From Gaiellales bacterium (GTDB lineage: Bacteria; Actinomycetota; Thermoleophilia; BMS3ABIN01), in NCBI GenBank assembly GCA_003599855.1, contig QZKG01000047.1, positions 1,037 to 65,036 of the forward strand: a DNA stretch of 64,000 nt, given 5' to 3'. The notes under the pieces were generated by a model. That model saw only the letters and a list, made by a program, of their open reading frames with translations. It had not been told where the DNA came from and did not search any database. A program made the position numbers and the translations under genes. Shown piece by piece: positions 53,966-64,000 of the stretch (its first letter is position 1; each line of letters opens with the position of its first letter).

Positions 53966-55951
53966 TCAGGGTTTCTTCTGGTGCCGGGACAGCTCGCGTA
54001 TCTGGTCGCGCAGTCTGGCGGCGTACTCGAAGCGCAGCTCCTCGGCGGCGGCGAACATCTCCTCCTCCAGGGCGGCGATGGCCTCATCAACTTCCTTCTC
54101 GCTCATCTTTTTCGCCGCTTCGCGGACGCGGGTGGCCTTGTAGGGCACGGTCGCTTCGCCCAGCATGGCGCTCATGTCTGAAACGCCCTTGATGATGGAG
54201 CGGGGCTCGATTCCGTGATCGCGGTTGTATTCCACCTGGATGCTGCGGCGGCGATCGGTCTCACTGATCGCCCGCTCCATGGCGCCGGTCATCCTGTCGG
54301 CGTACATGATCACCTTGCCGTTGACGTTGCGGGCGGCGCGGCCGATGGTCTGGATCAGGGCGATTTCGCCGCGCAGGAATCCTTCCTTGTCAGCATCGAG
54401 GATCGCCACCAGCGAGACTTCTGGAAGGTCGAGCCCCTCGCGCAGGAGGTTCACGCCCACCAGCACGTCGAACTCCCCCAACCGCAGGTCGCGCACGATC
54501 TGGATGCGCTCGATGGTTCCCACGTCCGAGTGGAGATAGCGCACCCTGAAGCCCATCTCCAACAGGTAGTCGGTCAGGTCCTCGGCCATCTTCTTGGTCA
54601 AGGTTGTGACCAGGACACGCTCGCTGTTCTCGATGCGCCTGCGGATCTCGTTCATCAGGTCGTCCACCTGAAACTCGGTCTCCCGCACCTCAACCGCCGG
54701 GTCCACCAGCCCCGTAGGCCGGATCACCTGCTCCACGACCCTGGCGCTGTGTTCCAGTTCCCAGGGTCCGGGGGTGGCGCTGACGAAGACGAACTGGGGT
54801 ACGCGCTCGATGAATTCCTCAAAGCGCAAGGGGCGGTTATCGAGAGCCGAGGGCAGCCGGAAACCGTAATCGACGAGGGTCTGCTTGCGCGAGCGGTCGC
54901 CATTGAACATGCCGCCGATCTGGGGAACTGTATTGTGTGACTCGTCGATGAAGCAGATGTAATCATCGGGAAAAAAGTCGAGCAGCGTGTTAGGCGGCTC
55001 CCCGGGAGCGCGCCCGTCGAAGATGCGCGAGTAGTTCTCGATACCCTTGCAGTAGCCGGTCTCCCGCAGCATCTCCAAATCGAAGCGGGTCCGCATCAGC
55101 AGCCTGTGGGCCTCCAGCTCCTTGCCCTCGCCCTTGAGCTCGGCCAGGCGCTGATCGAGCTCCGACTGGATGTCTTTCAGGGCGCGCTCGATGGTGCCGG
55201 GGCTGGTGACGAAGTGTGTCGCCGGATAGATGGAGACGTATTGCAGCTCTTCGAGCACCTGGCCGGTCATCTTGTCGACCCGCCGGATGCTCTCCACCTC
55301 GTCTCCAAAGAAGGAGATGCGGTAGATGGTCTCCTCGTAGGCAGGCTGTACCTCGAGCAGGTCGCCGCGGAGCCGGAACTGCCCGCGGGTGAAATCGAAA
55401 TCACCGCGGGAATACTGGATATCGACCAGTCGGCGCATCACGGACTCGAGGCCGGCTTCCTCCCCCACCTTGAGCAGCACCATCTTCGCCAGATACTCCT
55501 GCGGCGAGCCCAGGCCGTAGATGCAGGAGACACTGGCGACGATCACCACGTCATCCCGGGAGAGCAGCGCGCTGGTAGCGGCGTGGCGCAGACGGTCGAT
55601 CTCCTGGTTGATGGCGCTGTCCTTCTCGATGTAGGTATCGCTCCCCGGGAGGTAGGCTTCGGGCTGATAGTAGTCGTAATAACTGACGAAATACTCGACA
55701 GCGTTATCGGGCAGGTACTCCTTGAACTCGTTGCAGAGCTGGGCCGCCAGTGTCTTGTTGTGGGCCATCACCAGGGCGGGCTTTCCCACCGCGGTGATGA
55801 TGTTGGCCATGGTGAAAGTCTTGCCTGAGCCGGTCACGCCCAGAAGGGTCTGATAGCGCTCGCCCGCGATGGCCCCGCTGGCGAGGGCATCGATTGCCTG
55901 GGGTTGATCGCCGGTAGGACTGTAGGAAGCGTTGAGCCTGAAGGGTGTCAT
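53966..55951 (-). CDS. uvrB: Excinuclease ABC subunit B
   Basis: [49 protein letters not shown]-terminal UVR domain. Confidence 0.98.
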   Translation of the reverse strand: MTPFRLNASYSPTGDQPQAIDALASGAIAGERYQTLLGVTGSGKTFTMANIITAVGKPALVMAHNKTLAAQLCNEFKEYLPDNAVEYFVSYYDYYQPEAYLPGSDTYIEKDSAINQEIDRLRHAATSALLSRDDVVIVASVSCIYGLGSPQEYLAKMVLLKVGEEAGLESVMRRLVDIQYSRGDFDFTRGQFRLRGDLLEVQPAYEETIYRISFFGDEVESIRRVDKMTGQVLEELQYVSIYPATHFVTSPGTIERALKDIQSELDQRLAELKGEGKELEAHRLLMRTRFDLEMLRETGYCKGIENYSRIFDGRAPGEPPNTLLDFFPDDYICFIDESHNTVPQIGGMFNGDRSRKQTLVDYGFRLPSALDNRPLRFEEFIERVPQFVFVSATPGPWELEHSARVVEQVIRPTGLVDPAVEVRETEFQVDDLMNEIRRRIENSERVLVTTLTKKMAEDLTDYLLEMGFRVRYLHSDVGTIERIQIVRDLRLGEFDVLVGVNLLREGLDLPEVSLVAILDADKEGFLRGEIALIQTIGRAARNVNGKVIMYADRMTGAMERAISETDRRRSIQVEYNRDHGIEPRSIIKGVSDMSAMLGEATVPYKATRVREAAKKMSEKEVDEAIAALEEEMFAAAEELRFEYAARLRDQIRELSRHQKKP

Positions 55952-55963
55952 CAGCGCGCCCTG

Positions 55964-56584
55964 TCACTCCGGAAAGGCACTGGCGAGCCGGTCATAGGTC
56001 TCGCGTACGAAACGCACCAATCCCTCGGTTCCGCCGCTGTTGTCGTAACTGAACCCGCAGCGGGCGAGCTTGTCGCTTTCCGGAAGCTGCCGCTCCGTTC
56101 GGCGGTCGAAATCGGCCCCCGGCAGGCTCCCGGCAGTCCGCTCACGGCGGATCTCCGGCTCGGCCGTCACCAGGACAAGCGCGTCGAACATGTCTTCCAT
56201 GGCGGCTTCGAAGAGCATCTGGATCTCCACCACGGCCAGGGGGGCCTTTGCGACGGCTTCAGTTTGCCGCCAGGATTCAATCTCACCGCGCACCAGCGGA
56301 TGCAGGATGCCCTCCAGGCGCCCGAGCATTCCGGCGTCGCTGAAGACCCTGTCTGCAAGCAGCTTTCGCCCTGGCTCGCCGGCGGTCAGGGCTTCGAGCC
56401 CCAGCTCCCTGGATACCTGGCTGCGAACGTTTTCTCGCTCCAGGAGCTCGTGGACGACCTGGTCACAGTCGAGCACGGCTGCGCCCAATCTGCCGAATTC
56501 CTTCAGCGCAGTGCTCTTGCCGGAGCCAAGGCCGCCGGTCAGAGCGATGAGCGGTGCGTTTTTTCCGTCATTCATTTCCCTCAT
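55964..56584 (-). CDS. coaE: Dephospho-CoA kinase
   Basis: IALTGGLGSGKST, D.D...HE, LEGILHPLV, LFE, DNSG. Confidence 0.93.
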   Translation of the reverse strand: MREMNDGKNAPLIALTGGLGSGKSTALKEFGRLGAAVLDCDQVVHELLERENVRSQVSRELGLEALTAGEPGRKLLADRVFSDAGMLGRLEGILHPLVRGEIESWRQTEAVAKAPLAVVEIQMLFEAAMEDMFDALVLVTAEPEIRRERTAGSLPGADFDRRTERQLPESDKLARCGFSYDNSGGTEGLVRFVRETYDRLASAFPE

Positions 56585-56696
56585 TCCCGTTCATCGAGTC
56601 TTTCATTGCGCACGGGCGACCGCCTGGTCGCGCCATAAGTCACTCACATGGATAATCTTAGCAATTATCATCATATGTTGGACGCGCTCGAGGCTT

Positions 56697-57141
56697 CAGG
56701 CAAATCCAGCGGGTCGAGCCCGGCCGTACGGCGGTGCCTTATTCTGAGCGTGTCAGCGAGGAAAAGGCACCCGGTGCGGCATTCACGGCGTCAGGGATAG
56801 ACAGGCGAAAGAGCAGATCCTTCGTCGCTTCGCTCCTCAGGATGACAGTGGGAATCGAGCCCGGCCGTACCGCGGTGCCTTATTCTGAGCGTGTCAGCGA
56901 GGAAAAGGCACCCGGTGCGGCATTCACGGCGCCGGGGATTAGAATCAGGCAAATCCAGCGGGACCGCAACCAGGCGGGCAGGGTGATTTTCCGGAGCCTG
57001 ACGGAGGAAAATGCACCCTGTCCGGCATTCACGGCGTCAGGGATAGATAAGCGAAAAGACAGATCCTTCGTCGCTACGCTCCTCAGGATTACAGGGTGGT
57101 TTCGCTCAGGATGACAGGGGGGTCTGCGCAGGATGACAGGG
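56697..57141. repeat. Modular REP-like palindromic cluster, copy B
   Basis: Same modules as copy A in a different order and number, ending in partial CAGGATGACA tails. Confidence 0.85.
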
Positions 57142-57160
57142 GACGCTGCATGCTGTGCGG

Positions 57161-57190
57161 AAAAAAAGCGCCCCGCCGGAGGCGGGGCGC
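57161..57190 (-). terminator. Intrinsic terminator of rpsA
   Basis: Minus strand GCGCCCCGCC-TCC-GGCGGGGCGC-TTTTTTT. Confidence 0.85.
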
Positions 57191-57225
57191 GGGATCGCTG
57201 TAATCAGACTCGATGCGTTGGACAG

Positions 57226-58701
57226 TCAGTCCTCTTCGCCGACAGCCTCTTCGTCGGCGACTTCTTCCTCTTCGCCGACAGCCTCTTCGTCGGCGACTTC
57301 TTCCTCTGCGCCTGCGGCTTCCTCAACGGCTTCTGCCTCGGCGTCGGCTGGTAGCTCTTCCGCTTCCCCAGCTTCCTCCTCGACGGCGTCCTCCAGTCCG
57401 GCCTCATCGGCCAGCTCCAGCGTCGCTGTCTCTTTAGCGGGCAGACTCTCGACCTCTTCACCTAACGGACGGTCGGGAAAGATATCCTCGCTGAGATTAA
57501 GGCTGTCGGGCTCGATGGCCGGCGCGGCCTCCTCCTCGACGATCTCCTCCTCGACAACCTCGCCGGCATCCTCCTCCTGCTGCAGGCGCTTGATGCTCAG
57601 GGACAGCCTGCGCCGGTCACTGTCGATCTCGATGACCTTCACCTCGATCTCATCGCCGACGTTGACCACCTCTTCCGGTTTCTCGACGTGATGGTTAGCC
57701 AGCTCGGAGATATGCACCAGGCCCTCGATGCCCTCGCTGATCTGGACGAAGGCGCCGAAGCTCACCAGCTTCGTGACCGTGCCGGTCATTACGTCGCCGA
57801 CCTGATGCTTGTCCACCAGGCTCTTCCAGGGATCCTCCTGGGTCTGCTTGAGGCCCAGCGAGACACGCTGGCGCTCGCGGTCGATATCGAGGACCTTGAC
57901 TTCCACTTCCTGTCCTACGGCAAGCACCTCTGAGGGATGGTTCACGTGGCCCCAGGAGAGCTCGGAGATGTGGATCAGGCCGTCGATGCCCTCGAGGTCG
58001 ACGAAGGCGCCGAAATCGACGATGTTGGATATCACACCCTTGACGATGTCGCCGGGCTGCAGCCGGTCGAGGATCTGCTCCCTGACCTCCTTGCGCTCCT
58101 CCTCGAGGACGGCGCGGCGGGAAAGCACGACGTTGTTGCGGCTGCGGTTGAGCTCGATGACCTTGCACGTCAGGGTCTGGCCCAGGTACTCGTCGAGGTT
58201 CTGGATCCGGCGGATGTCCACCAGCGAGGCGGGAAGGAACCCGCGCACACCCAGGTCGAGGATCAGGCCGCCCTTGACGACCTCGATGACCGTGCCGTCG
58301 ATAGTGCCGCTGCTCTGCTCGACCTCCTCGATCTTCTTCCAGGCCTGCTCGAAGCGGGCGCGCTTCTTGGAAAGTATCAGGCGCCCTTCCGAATCCTCTT
58401 TCTGCATAACAAGCGCGTCGATCCTGTCGCCCACGCTGACTTCGTTCTCGGTGCTGACTGATTTGCGGATGGACAGCTCGCTCGCAGGGATGACACCTTC
58501 CGACTTGTAACCGATATCCACGAGGATCTCGTCCTTGTCTATCCGCACCACCTCTCCGGAGACGATCTCGCCTTCCTGGAAGATGGTGATGGTAGCATCG
58601 TAGTTCGGTTCTTCCTTGCCGTCGACGAGCTTGATCAGCCCGCCCGTTCCTTCCACCAGCTCAATCTGTTCTTCGTCGTTTTGGTTTTCCAGTTCGTTCA
58701 T
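57226..58701 (-). CDS. rpsA: 30S ribosomal protein S1 with long acidic tail
   Basis: Four S1 domains (VDIGYKSEG, GVRGFLPASLV, DGLIHISELSW, EGLVHISELA). Confidence 0.96.
   Translation of the reverse strand: MNELENQNDEEQIELVEGTGGLIKLVDGKEEPNYDATITIFQEGEIVSGEVVRIDKDEILVDIGYKSEGVIPASELSIRKSVSTENEVSVGDRIDALVMQKEDSEGRLILSKKRARFEQAWKKIEEVEQSSGTIDGTVIEVVKGGLILDLGVRGFLPASLVDIRRIQNLDEYLGQTLTCKVIELNRSRNNVVLSRRAVLEEERKEVREQILDRLQPGDIVKGVISNIVDFGAFVDLEGIDGLIHISELSWGHVNHPSEVLAVGQEVEVKVLDIDRERQRVSLGLKQTQEDPWKSLVDKHQVGDVMTGTVTKLVSFGAFVQISEGIEGLVHISELANHHVEKPEEVVNVGDEIEVKVIEIDSDRRRLSLSIKRLQQEEDAGEVVEEEIVEEEAAPAIEPDSLNLSEDIFPDRPLGEEVESLPAKETATLELADEAGLEDAVEEEAGEAEELPADAEAEAVEEAAGAEEEVADEEAVGEEEEVADEEAVGEED
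57230..57306. repeat. Exact 36-bp tandem duplication in the rpsA tail (EEEVADEEAVGE x2)
   Basis: CCTCTTCGCCGACAGCCTCTTCGTCGGCGACTTCTT twice in tandem. Confidence 0.9.
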
Positions 58702-58816
58702 TTAGTTGTTGACTTCCTCCCGTTTGCAAAAGTATGCGCAAAGGCCTTGCGGCACTCTGCGCACCGGGTTCATTATAACCAGACGCTTTGGTGGATGCAA
58801 AGCGCGCGGTCTGATG

Positions 58817-61408
58817 TCATTTCGCGCCCAGCCAGGTGCTGCCGTCGCCCACGTCGACCTCGAGCGGCGGGTCCAGCTCCCAGGCTGCGGCCATCTCCTC
58901 CCTGACAAGTCCTGATACCATGTCAACTTCTTCCTCGGGCGCCTCGAACACCAGTTCGTCATGGACCTGCAACACCATGCGGCAGCCACAGCCCGCCGCC
59001 GCAAGGGCGTCCCGGCACCTGATCATGGCCACCTTGATGATGTCCGCGGCGCTGCCCTGGATCACAGTGTTGACTGCTACCCGCTCGCCAAGCCGCCGCT
59101 GCTGCTCGTTGCCCGAGCCCAGCTCCGGGACAGGACGGCGGCGCCCCATCAAAGTAGTGACGTAGCCGTCGCTCCTGGCCTTGCTGATGATCTCGTCACG
59201 GAAAGCGGCTACCCGGGCGTAGCGCTTGAGATAGGTATCTATGTACTCGGCTGCCTCGGCCTGGCTGATGTCGAGCTGTTCCGCAAGGCCGAAGGCGCTG
59301 ATGCCGTACATGATGCCGAAATTGACCGCCTTGGCGCGATTCCGCTCCTTAATGGAGACCGCTTCCGGAGCTACCTTGAAGACCTCGGCGGCGGTGGCCC
59401 GGTGCACGTCCTCGCCGGCGCGGAATGCCTCGAGCAGTTTGGGTTCGCCCGACAGGTGTGCCATGATGCGCAGCTCTACCTGGGAGTAGTCCGCGATCAC
59501 CAGGCGACACCTCTCGGCGGCGATGAAACAGTCCCTGATCTTCTCGCCGAGGGGCGTCCTCACCGGTATGTTCTGCAGGTTGGGACTGCTCGATGAGAGG
59601 CGGCCGGTGGCTGTAACCATCTGGTTGAAGGTCGTATGGACCCGCCAGGTGTCCGGGTCCGCCAGCTCGGGCAAGGCCTGCAGGTAAGTGCTGGAGAGCT
59701 TGGCCAGCTCCCGGTATGCCTCGACCTTGCCGATTATCTCGTGCCGGCCGCGGAGAGCCTTGAGTACGGAGGCGTCGGTGGAGTGCCCGGTCTTGGTCTT
59801 CCTGCCCGGGGGCAGCCCCAGTTCCTCGAAGAGGATGACGGACAGCTGCTGGGGGGAGTCGATGTTGAAATCCCGCCCCGCCAGGGCGTGGATCTCGTCG
59901 GCCAGCTGGTCCAGCTGGTCGGAGACCTTGTGCGCCAGCTCCCCCAAACGGGGCAGGTCTACCCTGATGCCTGTCCGCTCCATGGAAGCCAGTATCGCCA
60001 CCAGCGGCATCTCCACGGAGGCGAACAGCTCGTCAAGCCCCTGCTCCTGAAGCTGCCTCCGCTGGACAGCAGACAGCCTCAGGGTCCTGGCAGCGGCTTC
60101 CGCCAGGTTCCTCTCCCCCGGGCTTTCGGCTTTCACCTCCAGATATACACCCGCGTCGTCGCAGAGCTGGTCCAGCTTGTAGGTGCGGGCGGTGGGTTTG
60201 AGCAGGTACGCCGCGATGGCTGTATCGAAACCGATGGCAGGCAGTTGGGGCACCGCCCGCAGCAACTCCTTTGAATCATGGGCGACCCAGGGGAGGACGA
60301 CATCGCCTCCCCGCCCCGGGGCCAGGGAGCGCGCCAGGGAGGGCCCATCCAGTTCCGCCAGCAGGACCGTGTCCCCGCCGTCGAAGCAGGCAAGCCTGAA
60401 CGAATCACCCTTGCGTTCCCAGGCGAGCGAGAGCTCCCCGACTGACTTTGAGATCGCAGTCAGATCCTTCTCGGTGGCAGCCCTTGCCGCCAGCTCCTCG
60501 CGGGTGATCGCCGCAGGGGCAAGCATGCCCAGGTCCTCCAGCCGCCGGATGAGCGAGCTGAACTCGTAGCGAGCCAGCGTCTCCCGCAACCCGGCGCGGT
60601 CCGGTTCACCGGGCATGATGGTCGTGGCGTCGATACCCAGCGGTACCTCCGCATGCAGCGTCGCCAGCTCCTTGGAGAAACGCGCCTGGTCAGCGTACTC
60701 CTCCACCAGTTGGCGGCGCTTGCCCTTGAGCTCGCCGGCGCGTTCGATCAGCGCCTCCACCGAACCGAACTCGGCGATCAGCGCCGCCGCGGTCTTGTCG
60801 CCGATGCCGGGGATGCCGGGTATGTTGTCGGAAGTATCGCCCTTGAGACCGATGAAGTCGGGCACCTTCTCCGGCGGGATGCCGTAGCGCTCCTCGACAC
60901 CGGCGCGATCATAGACCCTGACTTCTGACACCCCTTTGGAGTTCGACATGACGAAGATGTCCTCGTTGACGAGCTGCAGGGCATCGCGGTCCGCCGTCAC
61001 GATGACCGCTTTCTGGTGATGCTCCCGCGCCTCGCGCGCCAGGGTGGCAAGGATGTCGTCCGCCTCATAGCCTTCCAGCCGGAGGCTCTCGATGCCGAAG
61101 GCGCCCACCAGCTCGTCGAAGTGGCCGAACTGGAGCGAGAGGTTATCCGGCATCGGCTTGCGGCCGGCCTTGTACTCCTCGTACTCCTCATGACGGAAGA
61201 CGCGCTTGCCAGCATCCCAGGCCACCACGACCCCCGCCGGCTGGTAATCCACCAGGATCTTCACCAGCATGTTGGCGAAGCCGTACAGGGCATTGGTCGG
61301 CAGGCCCTCGCTGGTTGCTATCGACTCGGGAAGGGCGTAGAAAGCGCGGTAAGCCAGGCTGTTCCCGTCGATGAGGAAGACGGCGCCGGTAAGGTCGGGG
61401 CCGGGCAC
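58817..61408 (-). CDS. polA: DNA polymerase I
   Basis: IDGNSLAYRAFYA, GYEADD, GDTSDNIPG, TGRLSSSSPNLQNIP, ADYSQVELR, AKAVNFGIMYG, QVHDEL. Confidence 0.97.
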   Translation of the reverse strand: MPGPDLTGAVFLIDGNSLAYRAFYALPESIATSEGLPTNALYGFANMLVKILVDYQPAGVVVAWDAGKRVFRHEEYEEYKAGRKPMPDNLSLQFGHFDELVGAFGIESLRLEGYEADDILATLAREAREHHQKAVIVTADRDALQLVNEDIFVMSNSKGVSEVRVYDRAGVEERYGIPPEKVPDFIGLKGDTSDNIPGIPGIGDKTAAALIAEFGSVEALIERAGELKGKRRQLVEEYADQARFSKELATLHAEVPLGIDATTIMPGEPDRAGLRETLARYEFSSLIRRLEDLGMLAPAAITREELAARAATEKDLTAISKSVGELSLAWERKGDSFRLACFDGGDTVLLAELDGPSLARSLAPGRGGDVVLPWVAHDSKELLRAVPQLPAIGFDTAIAAYLLKPTARTYKLDQLCDDAGVYLEVKAESPGERNLAEAAARTLRLSAVQRRQLQEQGLDELFASVEMPLVAILASMERTGIRVDLPRLGELAHKVSDQLDQLADEIHALAGRDFNIDSPQQLSVILFEELGLPPGRKTKTGHSTDASVLKALRGRHEIIGKVEAYRELAKLSSTYLQALPELADPDTWRVHTTFNQMVTATGRLSSSSPNLQNIPVRTPLGEKIRDCFIAAERCRLVIADYSQVELRIMAHLSGEPKLLEAFRAGEDVHRATAAEVFKVAPEAVSIKERNRAKAVNFGIMYGISAFGLAEQLDISQAEAAEYIDTYLKRYARVAAFRDEIISKARSDGYVTTLMGRRRPVPELGSGNEQQRRLGERVAVNTVIQGSAADIIKVAMIRCRDALAAAGCGCRMVLQVHDELVFEAPEEEVDMVSGLVREEMAAAWELDPPLEVDVGDGSTWLGAK

Positions 61409-62433
61409 TACTCCTCCCTCGGTTCCCGGCCCATGAGCTCGGCGACCGCCAGCATGACGTCCTTCCCCTCGTAGATCACCTCACATACCTGCTCGGTGAT
61501 GGGCATGTCCAGCTCGTATTGCCATGCCAGCTCCAGCACCGAGCGGGCGCTGGTCAGACCCTCGGCCACCATGCCCATCTCCGCTTCGGCCTCAGCGGCT
61601 GTCATGCCGCCAGCGATCAGCTCACCGGCCCGGCGGTTGCGGCTATGGCGGCTGGTGCAGGTGGCGATGAGGTCCCCCATGCCCGCCAGCCCGTAGTAGG
61701 TCCTGGGGTCAGCCCCCGCCTTCTCCCCCAGGCGCGCCATCTCGGCAAGCCCGCGGGTGATCAGGCTGGCCTTGGTATTGTCGCCGAAGCCCAGCCCGTC
61801 GCTCATGCCCGCCGCCAGCGCGATGACGTTCTTGGTCGCCCCGCAGAGCTCGACTCCGATGACATCCTGGTTGACATAAACGCGGAAACTGGGAGAAGAG
61901 ATGAGTTTCTGGACGCTCCTGGCCAGCTCCATGTCGGCAGCCGCAACCGTCGACGCTGACGGTATGTCGAGGGCTACCTCCTCGGCATGGTTGGGGCCGG
62001 AAAGGACGGCGACGCGGCCCGCGGCCGGCGCCGGCAACTCGCTGACGAGCACCTGGGACATACGTTTGTACGTCTCCGGCTCCAGACCCTTGGCCAGGCT
62101 GAGGAGCGGCGCCTCCGGCCTGATCTCCCCGGCGAAACGGTGGATGACCTCACGGAAAGCCTTGCTGGGAACGGCCATCACCACCAGGTCGGCCAGGCGG
62201 ATGCTGTTCCTCTCGAAACTGGAAGCCACCAGCTCGGCCGGCAGCGCGATGTCGCTCAGGTAATCGGGGTTGCGGTGGCTCCCGTTGATCGCCTCCGCCT
62301 GCTCCAGCCGGCGGCATACCAGCTCGGTGGCGATGCCGGCATTGACCAGCAGCCGCGAGAATGCGGTTCCCCAGCTGCCGCCGCCGATGACCGACGCCCG
62401 CGCGCCGCTAGCAGGTATGGATATGCCGCCCAT
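61408..62433 (-). CDS. gpsA: NAD(P)H-dependent glycerol-3-phosphate dehydrogenase
   Basis: GGGSWGTA, KGLE, LSGPNHAEEV, KNVIALAAG, GLAGMGDL..TC.S..SRN. Confidence 0.96.
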   Translation of the reverse strand: MGGISIPASGARASVIGGGSWGTAFSRLLVNAGIATELVCRRLEQAEAINGSHRNPDYLSDIALPAELVASSFERNSIRLADLVVMAVPSKAFREVIHRFAGEIRPEAPLLSLAKGLEPETYKRMSQVLVSELPAPAAGRVAVLSGPNHAEEVALDIPSASTVAAADMELARSVQKLISSPSFRVYVNQDVIGVELCGATKNVIALAAGMSDGLGFGDNTKASLITRGLAEMARLGEKAGADPRTYYGLAGMGDLIATCTSRHSRNRRAGELIAGGMTAAEAEAEMGMVAEGLTSARSVLELAWQYELDMPITEQVCEVIYEGKDVMLAVAELMGREPREE

Positions 62434-62445
62434 GATCTTCTCCGT

Positions 62446-63096
62446 TCATTGTCGCGAGGTCCCGCCGGCGCTCCGCGCCGGACGGTTCCAGGGAAAGGTG
62501 ACCCGGCTCTCACTGCCCTGGATGACCCGCCTGATGTTGGTACGATGTGCCAGGGTCACCACCGCCGCAGCCGCCAGGGTGAATACTGTATACGGGCGTG
62601 GCTGTCCGGTGACGAAGACCGCCACGCAGAGAGTGGCCGCCGCCGAGAGAGATGCCACTGACACCATCCTCCCCGCCAGCAGCACCAGCCAGAAGACGGT
62701 GAAGGCCAGCAGGAACAGGAGCGGCATCAGCGCCGTGACCGCCCCCCCGCCGGTGGCCACTCCCTTGCCGCCGCGGAAACGCAGGAAGATGGACCAGGTG
62801 TGACCGGCGATGGCGGCGCCCGCGGCCAGAACCGCGATCAGCGCCGCATCATCCCCGTCAACCAGGAGCCGCGCCAGCAGCACCGGCGCGAATCCCTTGG
62901 CGAAATCACAGAGGAAGACGATGACGCCGGCTGACTTGCCCAGCACCCGGAAGACGTTCGTGGTGCCGACGTTGCCGCTGCCGTGCTTACGGACGTCGAC
63001 GCGGTAGAAGCCCTTGCCGATAACCAGCGCAAAGGGGACCGAACCGAGCAGGTAAGCCCCGGCGATGATGATTATGGCCAGTGTCCTTCCTTCCAT
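62446..63096 (-). CDS. plsY: Glycerol-3-phosphate 1-O-acyltransferase
   Basis: YLLGSVP, GSGNVGTTN..R, D..KG, GH....F..F.GGKGVATG, HRTNI.R. Start uncertain. Confidence 0.94.
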   Translation of the reverse strand: MEGRTLAIIIIAGAYLLGSVPFALVIGKGFYRVDVRKHGSGNVGTTNVFRVLGKSAGVIVFLCDFAKGFAPVLLARLLVDGDDAALIAVLAAGAAIAGHTWSIFLRFRGGKGVATGGGAVTALMPLLFLLAFTVFWLVLLAGRMVSVASLSAAATLCVAVFVTGQPRPYTVFTLAAAAVVTLAHRTNIRRVIQGSESRVTFPWNRPARSAGGTSRQ

Positions 63097-63147
63097 CCAG
63101 TGACTCCCCGACAGCCCGCGGGACGGTCTCATCGTCCCACGGGACGC

Positions 63148-64000
63148 TCAGCTGCGTTTCCCCTTGAACTGTATCACCAACGGGCAGCCGTGGTAACCGA
63201 AGCGCTCCCTCATCTCGTTCTCGATATAAGTGGCATAACCGCGCGTGATGAGCCCCTTGTTGTTGACCTGGATGACTATACGTGGCGGCGCGGTCGCCGG
63301 CTGGCTGATATAGTACATCTTCAGCTGGCGGCCGCGCACCATCGGCGGGGCGTGGTCTGACTTGACCTCCTGCAGGAACAGGTTCAGCTGGCGCGTGGGT
63401 ATGTGTGAAGTGTAGAGGCCGTAGAGGTGTCGAACCAGCGGCAGGATATCGCGCATGCCCCGCCCTGTGAGCGCCGAGATTGCCATGAAGGGGGGCTTGA
63501 TGGTGGTCTTGCGGCCGACCCGCCAGCGCAGGTCCTCGAGGTCGAGCCGCTCCAGGTCCCACTTGTTCAGCAGCAGCGCAGTGGCGCACCGGCGCTTCAT
63601 CGCCTCTTCGATGATGGTGAGGTCGTAATCAGTCAGCCCCAGGGTCGTATCTATCAGCACCAGAGCGACGTCAGCCTTGTCCATGGCAGCCAGGGCGCGC
63701 ACGCGGCTGTAATATTCGACGTCCTCCCTGAGCTTGCCGGGCTTGCGCAGGCCGGCGGTATCGATGAAACGGAAGCGCGTGCCCTCTGACTCCACGACCG
63801 AGTCGATGCTGTCGCGGGTCGTGCCGGCTTCGGGTGAGACGATCACGCGTTCCTTCCCCAGCATCCGGTTCACCAGCGATGATTTGCCGGCATTGGGGCG
63901 GCCGACTATGGCGACGCGGATCTCCCCGGCAGCCTCGGCCCCGGCCTGCTCCCCCAGCTCATCCAGCCGCTCCACGACCATGTCGAGCAGGTCGCCGCTG
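63148..64000 (-). CDS. der: Ribosome biogenesis GTPase Der (EngA), 5' part outside the window
   Basis: Second G domain GRPNAGKSSL, GTTRD, DTAG, NKWD, KH-like C-terminus; upstream of plsY-gpsA. Confidence 0.95.
   Translation of the reverse strand, partial: SGDLLDMVVERLDELGEQAGAEAAGEIRVAIVGRPNAGKSSLVNRMLGKERVIVSPEAGTTRDSIDSVVESEGTRFRFIDTAGLRKPGKLREDVEYYSRVRALAAMDKADVALVLIDTTLGLTDYDLTIIEEAMKRRCATALLLNKWDLERLDLEDLRWRVGRKTTIKPPFMAISALTGRGMRDILPLVRHLYGLYTSHIPTRQLNLFLQEVKSDHAPPMVRGRQLKMYYISQPATAPPRIVIQVNNKGLITRGYATYIENEMRERFGYHGCPLVIQFKGKRS

Noticed and set aside
53661-57141. Repeat clusters considered as a CRISPR array or as coding ORFs (53624-54181, 56734-57114)
   Set aside because: No constant repeat with unique equal-length spacers and no cas genes; the ORF similarity simply reflects the repeated DNA.

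Overview
High-GC bacterial chromosome segment. The gene orders polA-rpsA-coaE-uvrB-uvrA and der-plsY-gpsA, an LCP protein and an LPXTG signal point to a monoderm, probably a deep-branching actinobacterium (Thermoleophilia-like; inference). It has four blocks. (1) 1-23 kb: a secreted repeat protein and a surface-glycan cluster (Wzx, priming transferase, GT4s, GT2, two GT39/ArnT-like transferases, WaaL-like ligase, LCP, DegT aminotransferase, three radical SAM enzymes). (2) 23-31 kb: housekeeping and metabolic genes ending in tRNA-Lys. (3) 31-50.7 kb: an accessory, apparently c-di-GMP-wired surface-biogenesis region. It holds a Yda/Pss-like exopolysaccharide locus with unusual parts: WecB fused to a degenerate GGDEF domain with an intact RxxD I-site, a 39-aa micropeptide that is almost purely an LPXTG sorting signal, a DUF2334 deacetylase-GT2 synthase fusion, and a riboswitch-led GH26 hydrolase. 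It also holds a candidate usher-less, chaperone-type fimbrial (WxL/DUF916-like) locus. Two c-di-GMP-I riboswitches and three sigma-28-type promoters link these loci. (4) 50.7-64 kb: core genes interrupted by two modular REP-like palindromic clusters. All family assignments come from motif reading by eye; no database searches were run.
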